The notes below the pieces were generated by a model, which saw only the letters and a program-made list of their open reading frames with translations, was not told the DNA's origin and ran no database searches. This document shows positions 12,150-24,614 of a stretch of DNA of 64,000 nt, piece after piece. The stretch's first letter is position 1. Each line of letters begins with the position of its first letter. This DNA comes from Sphyrna mokarran (Eukaryota): the NCBI GenBank assembly GCA_024679065.1, contig JAGIQG010000014.1:75144001-75208000 (forward strand), in the 5' to 3' direction. Made by a program: the position numbers and the translations under genes.

Positions 12150-14340
12150 ATATATCAATATAGGAAATGATGAATGGGCATTGGCACGATGGATGGAAAA
12201 TGTAACAGTAAATCAACAGATAACGCCAACGCTTACAAAAATTATAAAAGGGTAACAATAAAGTATCTCACTGCATGCAGCACTGCAATTAACACGGCAT
12301 GTATGAACTGGTACCGCAAGTAGAAAAGAATGTGACCTAATAATCATGAGAGTCATGGCAGGAGAATGACAGTTTGGCACTGACTATGGAAAGATATATT
12401 GCAGGAAGGAAACAAAGCCAGATTTGGAGCGGCGGTTATGTTAAACAATGATTGCATTCACACAATAGAGAAGGGTATATTAATTTTAAGTAACCAGGAT
12501 TTAGAAGCAGTTTGGGTAAAAATAACGACAAAACAGTGCTATACAGCCTCCTTAACAATAACATCATGGGAGGTTGCAATATATACAAGAAGTCGTGAGG
12601 GTTTGCTAGAAAGATAAGACAGTTGTAGGGGAACTGATTTTACATATAGATTGGAATAACGAAACAAAAGACCCAAGATAGCCCAGAATGATTTCTGGGT
12701 CATAGAATGATTTCTGGATAATTTTTAGCACATTTTGCATACAACCAAACAGCAGGCTATGCAAACCCTCGTGGTATATAACAAAGTAGAGTGGATGACT
12801 TAGCTCATAGTAAAGGCGCCCTAAGAAACCAACTTTCATTTTTTGGTTTAGCCCTACATAAAGGTGGAGAGAGAGAGAAAAAAGTGGGCTCAAGGCTCGA
12901 ATTTTGAACTTAAATATCGACAATTACGCAGTCATATAAATAGTGGCAGCTAAATTTTTCTTGCCAATTCTGTTACGAGATAGGTCAACAGAAATGCTGA
13001 GATCGGTCATAAAGTAGCATTTTAGAAAATGTAGAATAGATAAATTCCAAGGAGAAATAAAAATTTAAGGAGAGGAACGATCATTCCTTTTTAACCAAAA
13101 AAGATAAAAATATCATTAACTGAAAGAACAGCTACATGCTTGTGCAGTGGTAGGTGGCAAGTCCGTAGATAGCACAGAATAATAAAGAGACAAATAATTA
13201 TTAAAAGTTAACAAGGAAGGACAAATTAGAGTATTGGAGGAGATAGGTAGAAATATAAAAGTAGAGTACGAATTTCTATAGATATATATACATTTGTCAA
13301 AGAATATCATTGAGAAAGTATTCGTTGATCCCTTTTAATAAGAGGCTGGGTAATTAATAATGGAAAATGAGATGGCCAATGAATTGAACTGATGTCTTGC
13401 ACTAGTCTTCACCAAAGAGGATAAAAGTAACATCTCAAAATTCGTTGTAAATCAGGAAATGGAAAGAAGAGGGGAGCTCAATAAGATTAAAACGACCAAG
13501 GAATTTATACTGAAGAAATTTTAGAGCTGCAAGCTAACAAATCCCCAGTTCATGATGAATTTCATCATAGAAAAAATAACGAATATATAGTTGATGCATC
13601 GGTTCTAATTTTCTACAATTACTTAGATTTGCTCAATGTTCCATTAGATTCGAAAATAACATATGTAACTCCTGAATTCACAAAATGAAGATGGCAGAAA
13701 GCAGGGAACTGCAAACTAATTGGCTGTAGGTCAGTCAAAAGGAAGATATTGGAAGCTATTATTCATGATTTTACTGTAGCATGCTTAAAACTCTTCAAGA
13801 TAATGAAATGGATACAAATGGGTTTGTGCTGAGGAAATCATATTTAAGCAATTTTTAGAATCATTTGTGGAAGTAACATCTGCTGAAAATAAAGGAGACC
13901 CAGTGATTGTATGTGCCTAGATTTCTAGAAAAAAAATGAAATGGTGCCTCATCAAAGAATGAAGTTAAAGTTTACTTTTAGTCATACGTAGGCTTAGATG
14001 ACTACTGCAATGAAGTTACTGTGAAAATCTCCTGGTCGCCACACTCTGGCGCTTATTTGGGTACATTGATGGAGAGATAGCATGGGCTGTATACCTAACC
14101 AGGCCAGACAATAGGAGGAAACTGAACACCTGGACGAAACATACACAAACAGGGGGAAAACGTGCAGACTCTGCACAGACAGTGACTAAAGCCGGGAATC
14201 AAACGCAGGTCCCTCGTGCTGTGAAGTAGCTGTGCTAACCATCGTGCCACCGTGCCATGCTAATCGTGGAAATCAAATGCTCATGATGTAGAGGCAACAT
14301 ATTAGCATGGACTAAAGCTCATCTAGTAAACAGAAAGTGG
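12150..14340 (+). mobile_element. Heavily decayed CR1 ORF2 (endonuclease to RT)
   Basis: Remnant motifs LEAVWVKI, TVVGELILHIDW, KSPVHDEFHH, CLDF; many stops and frameshifts. Confidence 0.6.
13960..14260 (-). mobile_element. tRNA-derived SINE (HE1/V-SINE-like)
   Basis: The minus strand head is GGCACGGTGGCACGATGGTTAGCACAGCTACTTCACAGCACGAGGGACC (A/B box-like). Same family as 61541-61825. Confidence 0.75.
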
Positions 14341-14499
14341 CTTAAATGTATGATTTTCAGATTGACAACATGTATCAAGCTGCAGGGTTCAATGCTGGGG
14401 CCTTAACACTGCATCAAAATCTTTCACAGAATCCCATCTGCATCCCGTGTCAAAATGACTCTAGCCTTCTGTTGTTGTGTTCGCCGAGCTTGGCAATTG

Positions 14500-14548
14500 G
14501 CTTGCAGACGTTTCGTCACCAAACGAGGAAACATCGTCAGTGCTTAGC
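14500..14548 (-). ncRNA. Minimal type I hammerhead ribozyme motif (PLE-associated), minus-strand copy
   Basis: Exact reverse complement of the motif at 15698-15746. Confidence 0.7.
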
Positions 14549-15697
14549 TGTGGGTGTGTTCCTGCATAGTACCTACGTTTTTATAGCAAATTGAACAGTA
14601 GTAAATCTACTTGCTTTTGATTGGTTGATTGCAATGACCCTAGTCCTATTTGATTAATTAATTGTTGAACTTGCTGTGTTGTGATTCCATCATTTCAGTG
14701 ACCATGCTCCACTTTGATTGATTGTTTGATCTCTCTGTGATTCTTTTTTAGTTCATTCGAGGTCCTTGTCTTAAAATTTGATTGGTTGTTTTTTGGGATT
14801 CACTGGAATTGTTGCATCTGCATCCGATCTTGTCCCTTGATCGCCTTGCGGGTCGGTTTGAATCTTAGTGCTGAGTGCTCCGATTCTTCAGTTCTTTCCT
14901 GCGCAGTGGTTGATACACTGGATCAACATCTATATGCCGATTGATCGCATGTTCGGTTGAGTGCCACGCCTCGATAAATTCACGTTCTTTCTTCGTTTTT
15001 GCCTGACCTAGCACGGTCACACTATTCCAGTTGAACTGATGTCCTTCTTGGTCCTCATGGACTGATACTAATGACAATGGATCGTGCCTTCGGCTTGCAA
15101 TTTGATGTTCATGTATTCTGGTTGATAGTTTCCTTCCAGCTGGTCCCACGTAGTGCTTTTCATTGTCATTGTCATTAGTATCAGTCCATGAGGACCAAGA
15201 AGGACATCAGTTCAACTGGAATAGCGTGACCGTGCTAGATCAGGCAAAAACGAAGAAAGAACGTGAATTTACCGAGGCGTGGCACTCAACCGAACATGCG
15301 ATCAATCGGCATATAGATATTGATCCAGTGTATCAACCGCTGCGCAGGAAAGAACTGAAGAATCGGAGCACTCAGCACTAAGATTCAAACCGACCCGCAA
15401 GGCGATCAAGGGACAAGATCGGATGCAGATGCAACGATTCCAGTGAATCCCAAAAAGCAAACAATCAAATTTCAAGACAAGGACCTCGAATGAACTAAAA
15501 AAGAATCACAGAGACATCAAACAACCAATCAAAGTGGAGCATGGTCACTGAAATGATGGAATCACAACACAGCAAGTTCAACAATTAATTAATCAAATAG
15601 GACTAGGGTCATTGCAATTAACCAATCAAAAGCAAGTAGATTTACTACTGTTCAATTTGCTATACAAACGTAGGTACTATGCAGGAACACACCCACA

Positions 15698-15746
15698 GCT
15701 AAGCACTGACGATGTTTCCTCGTTTGGTGACGAAACGTCTGCAAGC
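15698..15746 (+). ncRNA. Minimal type I hammerhead ribozyme motif (PLE-associated), plus-strand copy
   Basis: GCA-CTGACGA(15706-15712)-T-GTTTCC/GGTGAC stem II-GAAAC(15732-15736)-GTC-TGC. Stem I is GCA/TGC, stem III is the palindromic ACGT, and the predicted cut is after C15739. Confidence 0.7.
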
Positions 15747-16099
15747 CAATTGCCATGCTCGGCGAACACAACAACAGATGATCAATCTACCCGAGCTACC
15801 AATTTTCACTAACATTGCTGACTCTAGTCTAATTAGACGAATGCCTTAGGTTTTCCAAAAGCCAGATCAGATTACTCGAGTTAAGACAGATCTGATAGTC
15901 ACAAAACCACAGACACCCAAGTCACCAAATCCAATTCTTCAACCTATTTACTGCCAAGAACAAATTAGATGAAATTTTACTTTTTAGCTAATTAAGTGTC
16001 CGAGTTTGGTGAATTGGAATATTAAACCGTGTAAAATATGCACCACTGACACAGAACAATTTCAACTCCAGGGCATAAACTCAAAATCAAGGATTATCA

Positions 16100-16330
16100 T
16101 ATAATGTGGTATTGAGAGTGTGCTACGGTGTCTGATACGTTCACTTTTATCTGAGACATCAAACCACTGTCCCACCTTCCATCTCAGGTAGCTGTTAAAG
16201 ATTTCCAGGACATATTTCGAAGAGGTCCAGGGGAATTATCCTTGGTGTCCTTCCAATATATATTCCTCCACTAACACCAGACAAGTAGTTAATTTATCAT
16301 CATTGTGTTTGGAGGTTTGCCGTGAAAACC
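16100..16330 (+). mobile_element. Deu-domain SINE remnant (SacSINE1/AmnSINE1-like)
   Basis: TGAGACATCAAACC...CTCAGGTAGCTGTTAAAGAT...TATTTCGAAGAG...GGTGTCCTTCCAATATATATTCCTCCACTAACACC resembles the Deu core. Confidence 0.6.
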
Positions 16331-16414
16331 AGGCGAATGTCAAAAGGAAACAAGCGGAAAGCTCTCCACAGTTTGAGTAATATCGAATAGAAAGCAAGAT
16401 AGTTCTAATCATTA

Positions 16415-17920
16415 GAACCAATCAACCCAGGACCAGGCAATTACTGCAAGTGTTAACTCCGGGTTCTTCTAGGCCGAATCATCTTCAGTTACTTTATCAA
16501 TTACCTTCTGAAATGTTATCGTAATTTATCGGATGTTTTTTGAAGATTATACGTGTTCAGTACTGTTCCTGACTCCTCAGAGACCGAAATAGGCCGTTTC
16601 CATATACGGTATTAGCGATACAACATTTATAATTGGGAGGATTAGTGACAAATAGCATCCCGTTCACTAAATGGCCAGGCAATAACAATCTGCGAAAAGA
16701 AAAAAAGACGAATCACCTTTTTTCCTGCATTCAATGGTATTACTGCATCTGAATCCCCAACCATCAACATTGTTGGTGTTAAAATTGGCCAGAAATTGAA
16801 CTGAACTAGCCAACTAAAATCTAAAGCTGCAAGACCATGTCAAAGAATTGGAATTCTGCACTAAGGAATTCCAATCTGCACTCTCTAATGCCTGCTCCCA
16901 GCTATAGGGTACAACTCACGAGTGTAATGGAATATTATCCTTCTCTTGCATGAGTGCATTTGCAGCAACAATCTAGCGTTTCAGCATGATGCAGTTCCAA
17001 GCTACTGGGTAATTTGGTATTCATGCACCACTTTAAGAGCTATTGATGTACTTATCAAACTGTGATATCATCACTTCAATGAATGAAACATGCTTATCGT
17101 GAAGAAATGTCTTGGCATTTTTGACATTCAAATTCCTAGTTTAGAAAATGGTGTGCTTCTATCCAGCTATAACAACACGAACTGCCACATTGATATGGAG
17201 CCATAAACTAGCATAGTCTGTGTCGATTGGGTGACTGCTTTGCGGGACAATGATAGTTCATTCAAATAAATGACCGTAATTTTCTGGTCACTTGCCACTT
17301 CTGCTCACCATCTTGCTCTCATAATCACATGTCCGTCCAAGACATGTTGCAATGCTCGAGTGAAGGTCAACACAAAGTGAAGAACAAGACCCCATCTTCA
17401 GATTGGGCATGTTGCAGTCTTATGGATGCAACAGCGAGTTCAGCAACTTTAGACTGTGAAATTTTCCCTCTGTCTGAACCTCCCTCCTTTTTTATTGCCA
17501 TTTCACTCCACAGAAGCTGCAAAAGCTGCAGAGTTTATCCACCATTATCTGTTTCCATGTCAATTCCATGATCGATTTCTTCCCAGATCTTGTATCTTTC
17601 CCAGCAACATCCATTTTTCTACCAGAAGCAGATCCTGAACTTCAACAACTTCTAAATCTGTATTCTAAATCTATACCTCTACCAGTTGGAAGGCTAAGGG
17701 CAATAAGCGCATGGGAACACCACCTTCTTCAAGATTCCATTCAACCTACATTCCATTCTGAGTAGAGACATATTTATGTACCTTCACTGTTAGTTGAGTT
17801 AAGATACTGGAAATTTCTTCCGAACTGGGTAGGTCTACTGACAGCAACTGGACTGCACCTATTCAAGAAGGCAGCTCACCTCCACCTTGTCAAGAATAAT
17901 GGGAATGATCACTAAATTCT
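16415..17920 (+). mobile_element. Decayed CR1/L2-group LINE RT and 3' end, interrupted by a PLE fragment
   Basis: Remnants FNGITASESPTINIVGVKIGQKLN and VMEY; 3' end TTCAAGAAGGCAGCTCACCTCCACCTTGTCAAG. Confidence 0.6.
17230..17480 (+). mobile_element. Second-family Penelope-like GIY-YIG C-terminal fragment
   Basis: Degenerate HMSVQDMLQCSSEGQHKV..IFRLGMLQSYGCNSEFSNFR. Confidence 0.55.
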
Positions 17921-18588
17921 TACTTTTTTCGACTCTATCACCCCACGATTGAATTGAAAAAGAAATATCTATTTCATCTTTCTGACTTGATTACTTCATG
18001 GAATTTCTGACTGCTCCCAAGGTTTGCCCCATAGGTTTAAAAAGGAGACTGTGCGCTATCGTATTATCGCTAGACTATTAATCCAGAAATTAATCCAGAA
18101 ATTCCATCAGCATAGTGCCCAGTTTTGTGAAATAGGACTGGAAAATATTCGATACATATGCCTTTGTTAAAAGTGATAAAGGGTTAACGTATCAGGTAGT
18201 GTTCTTTCATCACAATTGTTTAAGACCGAAATTTCCAACTCTGTTTCACTTTTCATAGATGTAACCAGATTTGTTGATTATTTCCAGCAATTTCTGTTTA
18301 GATTCTGTTTTGATTCCAGCATCCGCAGTTTTATGCTTTCGACACAATGTGTACTGACCCCTTGAGTATAATTATCGTAAAACTGTAATAGTAGTTAAAA
18401 TTATGTGCTTGGAGTATGCAGTGAAAATTATTTTTATTTAAATGCGCGAACTCCTTACATAGATCGCCAAATTTATTCAGCCTTCCAGTGAGACCAAATT
18501 TAATCAGACTTTTCACAACAGCATAACACAACGATTGCTCACCCATGTGAGGCGTAAATAAGGGGTCACTGCATCAATAAAGGGACAA

Positions 18589-19062
18589 GGGCGGCATGGT
18601 GACGCAATGATTAGTACTGCTGCCTCACTGCGCCAGAGACTTGGGATCGATCCCCGGTTTGGGTGACCGCATGGAGTTTGCACATTCTCCCGATTCCTCC
18701 GTGGGTTTCCTCCAGCTTCCTCCCACATTCCAAAGATGTGTGGGTTAGGTGGATTGACCATGCTAAAATTGCCCCTTAGTATCCTGAGATGCGTTGGTTA
18801 GAAGGGTTAGCGGGTAACTATGAAGGGATATGGCATAGGGCCTTGGTGGGATTGTGGTCGGTACAGACTCGGCCGAATGGCTTCTTGCTGCATTGTAGAT
18901 TGCCTATGATTTATGATTCTATGATAAATTGCCTCTTGGTATCAGAGGGACTAGCAGGGTAAATGCATGGGGTTTGGGGAATAGACACTTGGTAGGGTTA
19001 TGGTCAGTGTAGACTTGATGGGCCGAAATATCTTCTCCTGCAATGTAGGATTCTATGACTCT
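18589..19062 (+). mobile_element. HE1/V-SINE-like SINE with duplicated 3' half
   Basis: Head GGGCGGCATGGTGACGCAATGATTAGTACTGCTGCCTCAC and V-like core GGTTTCCTCCAGCTTCCTCCCACATTCCAAAGATGTG. GATTCTATGA tails occur at ~18920 and ~19055. Confidence 0.8.
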
Positions 19063-19297
19063 AAGTGATACTGAGCAGCAATAACCTGCATGTTACAGGT
19101 AAGATTTCATGATCACAATATGGATCATGAACTTCTATTAATGATGTGCAAAATGCTATCGCAAGGAGCTTCAGTCGTTTTCTGCTACATAATTTACACC
19201 GATTTTTTTAAACTACAGGATGTCTGTGTTTTTAAGAGAATTTTATATTACTCACTTCTAATCATTCAGTTTCCTTATGTAGTCCCCAAACCGTCTC

Positions 19298-19387
19298 GCT
19301 TTAAGAATAATTGCTGCAATTATTGGTTGAGTCTGTTCGTGTCGCTGTCTACCAATAAGAAGCGGATACGCTGCCAGGGATCTACCT
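19298..19387 (+). promoter_or_regulatory. Pcdh promoter cassette (CGCT/CTCF-type + inverted CCAAT boxes), gene 2
   Basis: GCTTTAAG 19298, TTATTGGT 19320, CGCT 19343, ACCAATAA 19351, GATC 19379. Confidence 0.85.
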
Positions 19388-19614
19388 CTTTTTCCGACCC
19401 AGGAAACAGATCAGAGGCGAAGACACAGAGGATGTTTGCGTTTATGCTGTGCGGTCATCTTTAGCAAAGCTCCTCAGGTCTAATTTTTGCCTTCCCCCGT
19501 TTTCTATTTGTATGCGATTTTTAAAAAATCAAATAGTGTTGTCGAGTAAGAGACAACTTAGCAGAATCGATTGGACGATTTACATTTGCAGAAAAAAACA
19601 TCCGCATGAGAACA

Positions 19615-22043
19615 ATGACCTCAATGAGCTGCGGTGTACCGTTCATTTTTCTGTTCTGTCTGTCGGACCTGGTTTCAGGACAAATTCGCTACTCGATTGC
19701 CGAGGAGCAGGAGCACGGGGCCTTTGTTGGGAACATCGCTGAGAATTTGAGATTAAATATTTGGGAATTATCGGCTCGTAAATTTCGCCTGGTCTCCGAA
19801 GAAAGGAAGCAATACATTGAGGTAAATCTGGAAAATGGGGTTTTATTTGTTAATGAACGGATCAACAGAGAACAGCGTTGTAGAGAAAGCTCTGCCTGTT
19901 CCCTTTCGTTGCAAGTTGTCTTCAATAAACCTTTGGAAATACATCCTGTTGAAGTGGAAATATTAGACGTAAATGATAATTCACCCAAATTTCTGAACAG
20001 CGAATTCTTCTTGCAGATCAGTGAATCAATTTCGGCAGGTGCGCGCTTCCCTGTCGACAGCGCGTACGACCCGGACATCGGCACAAATGCAATCAGAATT
20101 ACCAGATGAGTCCAAATGAACATTTTGGCATCAGAGTTCAGACACGAAATGATGGAAGCAAAAGTGCTGAATTGTTGTTAGAGAAAGCCTTGGACCGTGA
20201 ACAACAGTCAACCTTCAATCTTGTGCTGACGGCTGTTGGTGGCGGCGAACCCCCGAGGTCTGGCACAAGCCGGTTTTCAATCACTGTCCTGGACGCGAAA
20301 GATAACGCACCTATATTTGATCACGAAATACACAAAACCAGTATCGCAGAAAATTCCCGCAAAGGGACGTTGGTGACAACAATCCACGCTGCTGATACAG
20401 ATGAAGGTACCAATGCTGAACTGACCTATTCTTTCACCAGCCATGTTTCCCAGGATATTCGCGAATTGTTCAATTTAGACCCCAAAATTGGAGAAACTAC
20501 AGTCCAAGATATACTGGATTTTGAAAAAGCAAGTGTTTACGAACTTGATGTAGAGGCCGTGGATAACGCTCCGCCTGGTGTGGCTGGACGTGCAAAAGTG
20601 ATGGTTGGACTGATAGACACGAATTATAACATCCCCGAGATAGACGTCACTTTGGTGTCCAGCCCAGTGCAGGAAGATGCTCCTCCGGGGACTGTGATAG
20701 TTTTAGTCAGCGTTATGGATTCAGATTCTGGCAAATATGGGCACGTGCAATGTCATATTCCAACGCAACTTCCGTTCAAACTTCAAAAAATCTTGAAGAA
20801 CAGCTACAAGTTAATTCCCAATGGTATTTTGGATCGTGAAGTATCCCCGACATACAACATCTATATTTCAGCCTGAGATGGGGTATTTCCCCCTAATTCA
20901 ACAAATTTAACTCTTTTAGTTTCCGTTTCAGATATAAATGACAATGTGCCAAAGTTCACACAATCCTTATATAACATATATCAGATGGAGAACAACACTC
21001 CAGGTGCTTCTATATTCGCTGTTACTGCACCGGATTCAGATTTAGGCCGGAACAGTGAGATTCACTATTCAATTCTGGAGAGTCAGAATGAAGGGAGAGG
21101 CGGGACTGCTTACGTTTCCATCAATTCCAAACATGGGGACATTTACGCCCTGCGTTCCTTTAACTATGAACAGTTGAAACACTTCCAGATCAAAGTTCAA
21201 GCCCAGGATATGGGATCTTCTCCGCTGAGTAGTACTGCCATTGTCAATGTTATAATCCTGGATCAAAATGACAATACACCGGTTATTGTCTCACCTTTAA
21301 CCTGGAACAATTCAGCATCAGTGGAGATTGGGCAGCAGTCAGTATTGCACCCAGAATATTTGGTGACCAATATAATCGCGACTGATGCGGATTCCGGTCA
21401 GAATTCCAGGCTTTCCTATCAAGTGATGGAAACCAATGTTTCCAATCTGTTCACTGTGGGACTTCTCTCTGGGGAAATCAGAGCAACACAACGTTTAAGG
21501 GAGGAAAGTATCAGCACAGCAAAATTGGTCGTCATCGTGAAGGATAATGGACAGCCAAGCCTTTCCACCACGGTTACCGTCTCATTTACCGTCTTGACCA
21601 ATGTAACAGAAAATTCTTCTGAACAAGTTGGTGAACCTGGTGCATCGAAGTATTTTTCGCACCTTAATGGTTATTTAATCGTTATATTGGGATCAACACC
21701 GGTTTTATTTCTTGTAATAATCATTTTTCTTGTCATGCTGAAGATTAATCAAGGCAGAAATATCGCTGAAGATCACAACTGTGCGGTTTGTTGTTACACA
21801 AATCGAAATTTGAACGATGCCTTTAACCGGAGGTCTGCACCAAACGAACCATTCAACTATGTCGAGTCTGCTCAGACTGAAGGTTGTCACTATACCGTGT
21901 GTTTATCGCCAGAATCAGCGAAAAGTGATTTTCTGTTTTTAAAGCCCTTTAATCCTACCTTGCCTTTCGACGACTTGGGTGTCCGGGACACCAACACAAA
22001 AATATTGCTTGGTAACAATTTCGATGCAGGGACTGGTAAATAA
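19615..22043 (+). pseudogene. Clustered protocadherin pseudogene (gene 2)
   Basis: Full-length paralogue split into three ORFs by a 1-bp deletion at ~20097 and TGG>TGA at 20874-20876. Ca-binding motifs are decayed (INRE, TAVGGG, DAKDN, DTNYN, FNYEQ). Confidence 0.9.
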
Positions 22044-24614
22044 TTCACACTTGGGTAGACGTGTGTGCCATATTTTGAAATCTTGGGTAAGTCATTCTTT
22101 GCTATATACCACTAGGTCCTCAAATTTTAGTAGATTAAGACTGAAGTAGTCAAATTGCTTACTGTTGCTGTTATATTCTTGCCTTTCACTGATGCTACAT
22201 ATATCTGCCCATATCCTCACAATCCTAAGCAGTGCATGCTTAATTATACTATATTGAAGACTGACATAATTGTTGGATTGTGTAAATTATAGAAGTGCAA
22301 CCCCTTGCTGTTAATGTTATATCGCATATCTTGAGGTGGTCAATGAGACAAGAATATTTTTTTGGATTTTGGTTACATTGAACAGTAATGAATCGTAAAA
22401 CCAAATACGTGTCCCTGAAATAAATTCTCAGATGTTATCATTGTGTGGAGCCGGCATATTCGCTGCTTTCGTGAAATGTTACTTGTTTGTCCCTGGAAAA
22501 TTATGCAACAAGAGTATGTCAACAGTATATATTTCCTCAGTTTTCTTCCAGATTTTACATGAAAACAATGAATCTTGTTATCTCACATTAACTTCGTTAT
22601 ATAATGTGCACTTACGTAATGTGCAAGTACAGTCCTTTATTACCAAGTTCATGATCAATTTCTTGTTGAACGGAACTGTTGTATTTTCTTCCGTCTTCCT
22701 TTCGATTATAATAGCACTGCGCAAAACAAAAATAATTTCTCCCGATTTCTGTTTGAATACGTTTTCAATTACTTTAAAACCACTTATCGCGTCTTTCCCA
22801 GGAAACGGCTCGTTTCTTATTTTCTCTGCCAGTGCCCATCATAATTATGATCACTTCTTTCAAATCTCTACGCACGCTTTTCTACTCTAAGGAATCAAAT
22901 CCATGATGTCTACTCCGTGTACGTAGTTAGATTTGCTCTTTCCTGGTACCATTCTAGGAAATGTCGTTTGGGCAGCCTTCAAGATATTGACAGTGCCACA
23001 AAACATTTTTGCTCTCAATTGGACGCAGTACTATATATAATGTATATATATAGCTTTCTATACGTCACGTTGTAGTATGTTATTAACTTTAAATGGGAAA
23101 TAACAAAATTATACACAAATGGAATTTAGAATGACTCAGTTTACACTGTACCAGATAATTTTCCTGTACTGAAGAATGGCCTGAGTTCTATAGTTCACTC
23201 CCTAACACAAATAACAATTCCGGAAAATATTTCAAAAGGCAAAACTTGACGCACTTATACAACAGAAATCAGCGACGCTTGTGCTATTGACTACATAAGT
23301 AAACGCAATGGCAGTTGAACTAATCTACGGAAATATAATTGCAAGATGCATTTATACCACACATTCCAACTATGACCTAATGTTATCGCATTAATTGTTT
23401 GAATCACTCTAATCAAGTACACGTCTACCACCCAACTGAAATTGTTGCAGCCAATAAAGGAAATGACACCCTGAATAACAGTAACCCCGGTGCCTCGCCC
23501 CTATACGATCTCTACGATTGCATTTAAACTTTTCACATGAGGATTATTTTAGGATATTTTAGCATTTTTCCTGTTTCCTACTTAGCGTGACTGCCTACAT
23601 TTGGCCATACATTCAGCGCGTATGGTATGCATATTACTTTAGACATCAGGAAACGTGACTCACTTTCTTGTCCCACACCAAATTTTTACCCTTCCTCCAT
23701 TTCTCGGGTTCTGTAAGCTTGCTGCCTGATGACATTATCCGCAAAATTGGGGTCAGATTCCACATATTTTGCTGTTGACAGATCGCATTTTATTTTAATC
23801 ATTCACGACCAGCTATGCACTTTCACCCTGCATGAGCTGACCAAACTTTCAGCTAATCTATCAAAAGATCTAGCAGCCGCTTGGGACAAACTCTATACCA
23901 TTGCAATGGTTTCATTGTTTAATTATTGTTTTATGTGGAAACCAACTTTTTATCCTTCAACACCAGATGTCAGCCAGACCGCCGTTTGATAAATGCTACT
24001 TAGAACTATCTCCTGAACGTCACACACGTGAATGTTTCATTCATTGTTCCAGTGAATCCTTTATACTGCTTTTTTATCAGCTCTAAACTTCAATATTTGA
24101 GTTCTAGGCTGGCTGTCTGCTCAATGATCTTCGAATTTCAATTTGTTCAATACATTTTGCCTACATTTTTTTCCAATTCCAGGTCATCTATCGCATGTTG
24201 GTGAACTGCACTGATTTCTGTTTCCAAAATTACTTAACATTTTCGTTGTCACTCTTATGCCAAATGTTTTATCTCTTCCCTCTTTTCTGCATTTTCTGCC
24301 ACCCCATCATAGACAATGGGTCACTCTGTTCCTGGCCTTCCATTTCGGAAGTCTCCTATTGTCAATACTCTCTACTAGCCCCAACCATTTGTAGTCATGA
24401 ACCCACCATCAAGGCCAAATCATGCAAAATACCTTCATTATATCGTTCTATCTAATATCCTTCAATAACTTCAACAAAATCTATTTTATAGTGAAAATCT
24501 CGCAAGCATTGCAAAGGGCAAATTGGTTCAGCAGCTATTGTTTTTCAGTTAGCTCTTCTACGGTGATCTTTCGAATGTATCATGCTTAAACCGATTGACA
24601 GTGAGTCTGGCGGT

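Larger units (their letters stand above)
14468..15818. mobile_element. Penelope-like element 3' fragment arranged as a long inverted repeat (612-bp arms, 87-bp spacer) with 12-bp TSD
   Basis: Arms 14468-15079 and 15167-15778 are reverse complements. The GIY-YIG C-terminal part reads HYVGPAGRKLSTRIHEH...EREFIEAWHS...INRHID. Flanking direct repeat TGACTCTAG(C/T)CT at 14456-14467 and 15819-15830. Confidence 0.9.

Noticed and set aside
18589-18670. tRNA-like A/B box sequences (also at ~14200, 57800, 60100, 61545)
   Set aside because: These are SINE heads followed by V-like cores and LINE-like tails, not tRNA genes.
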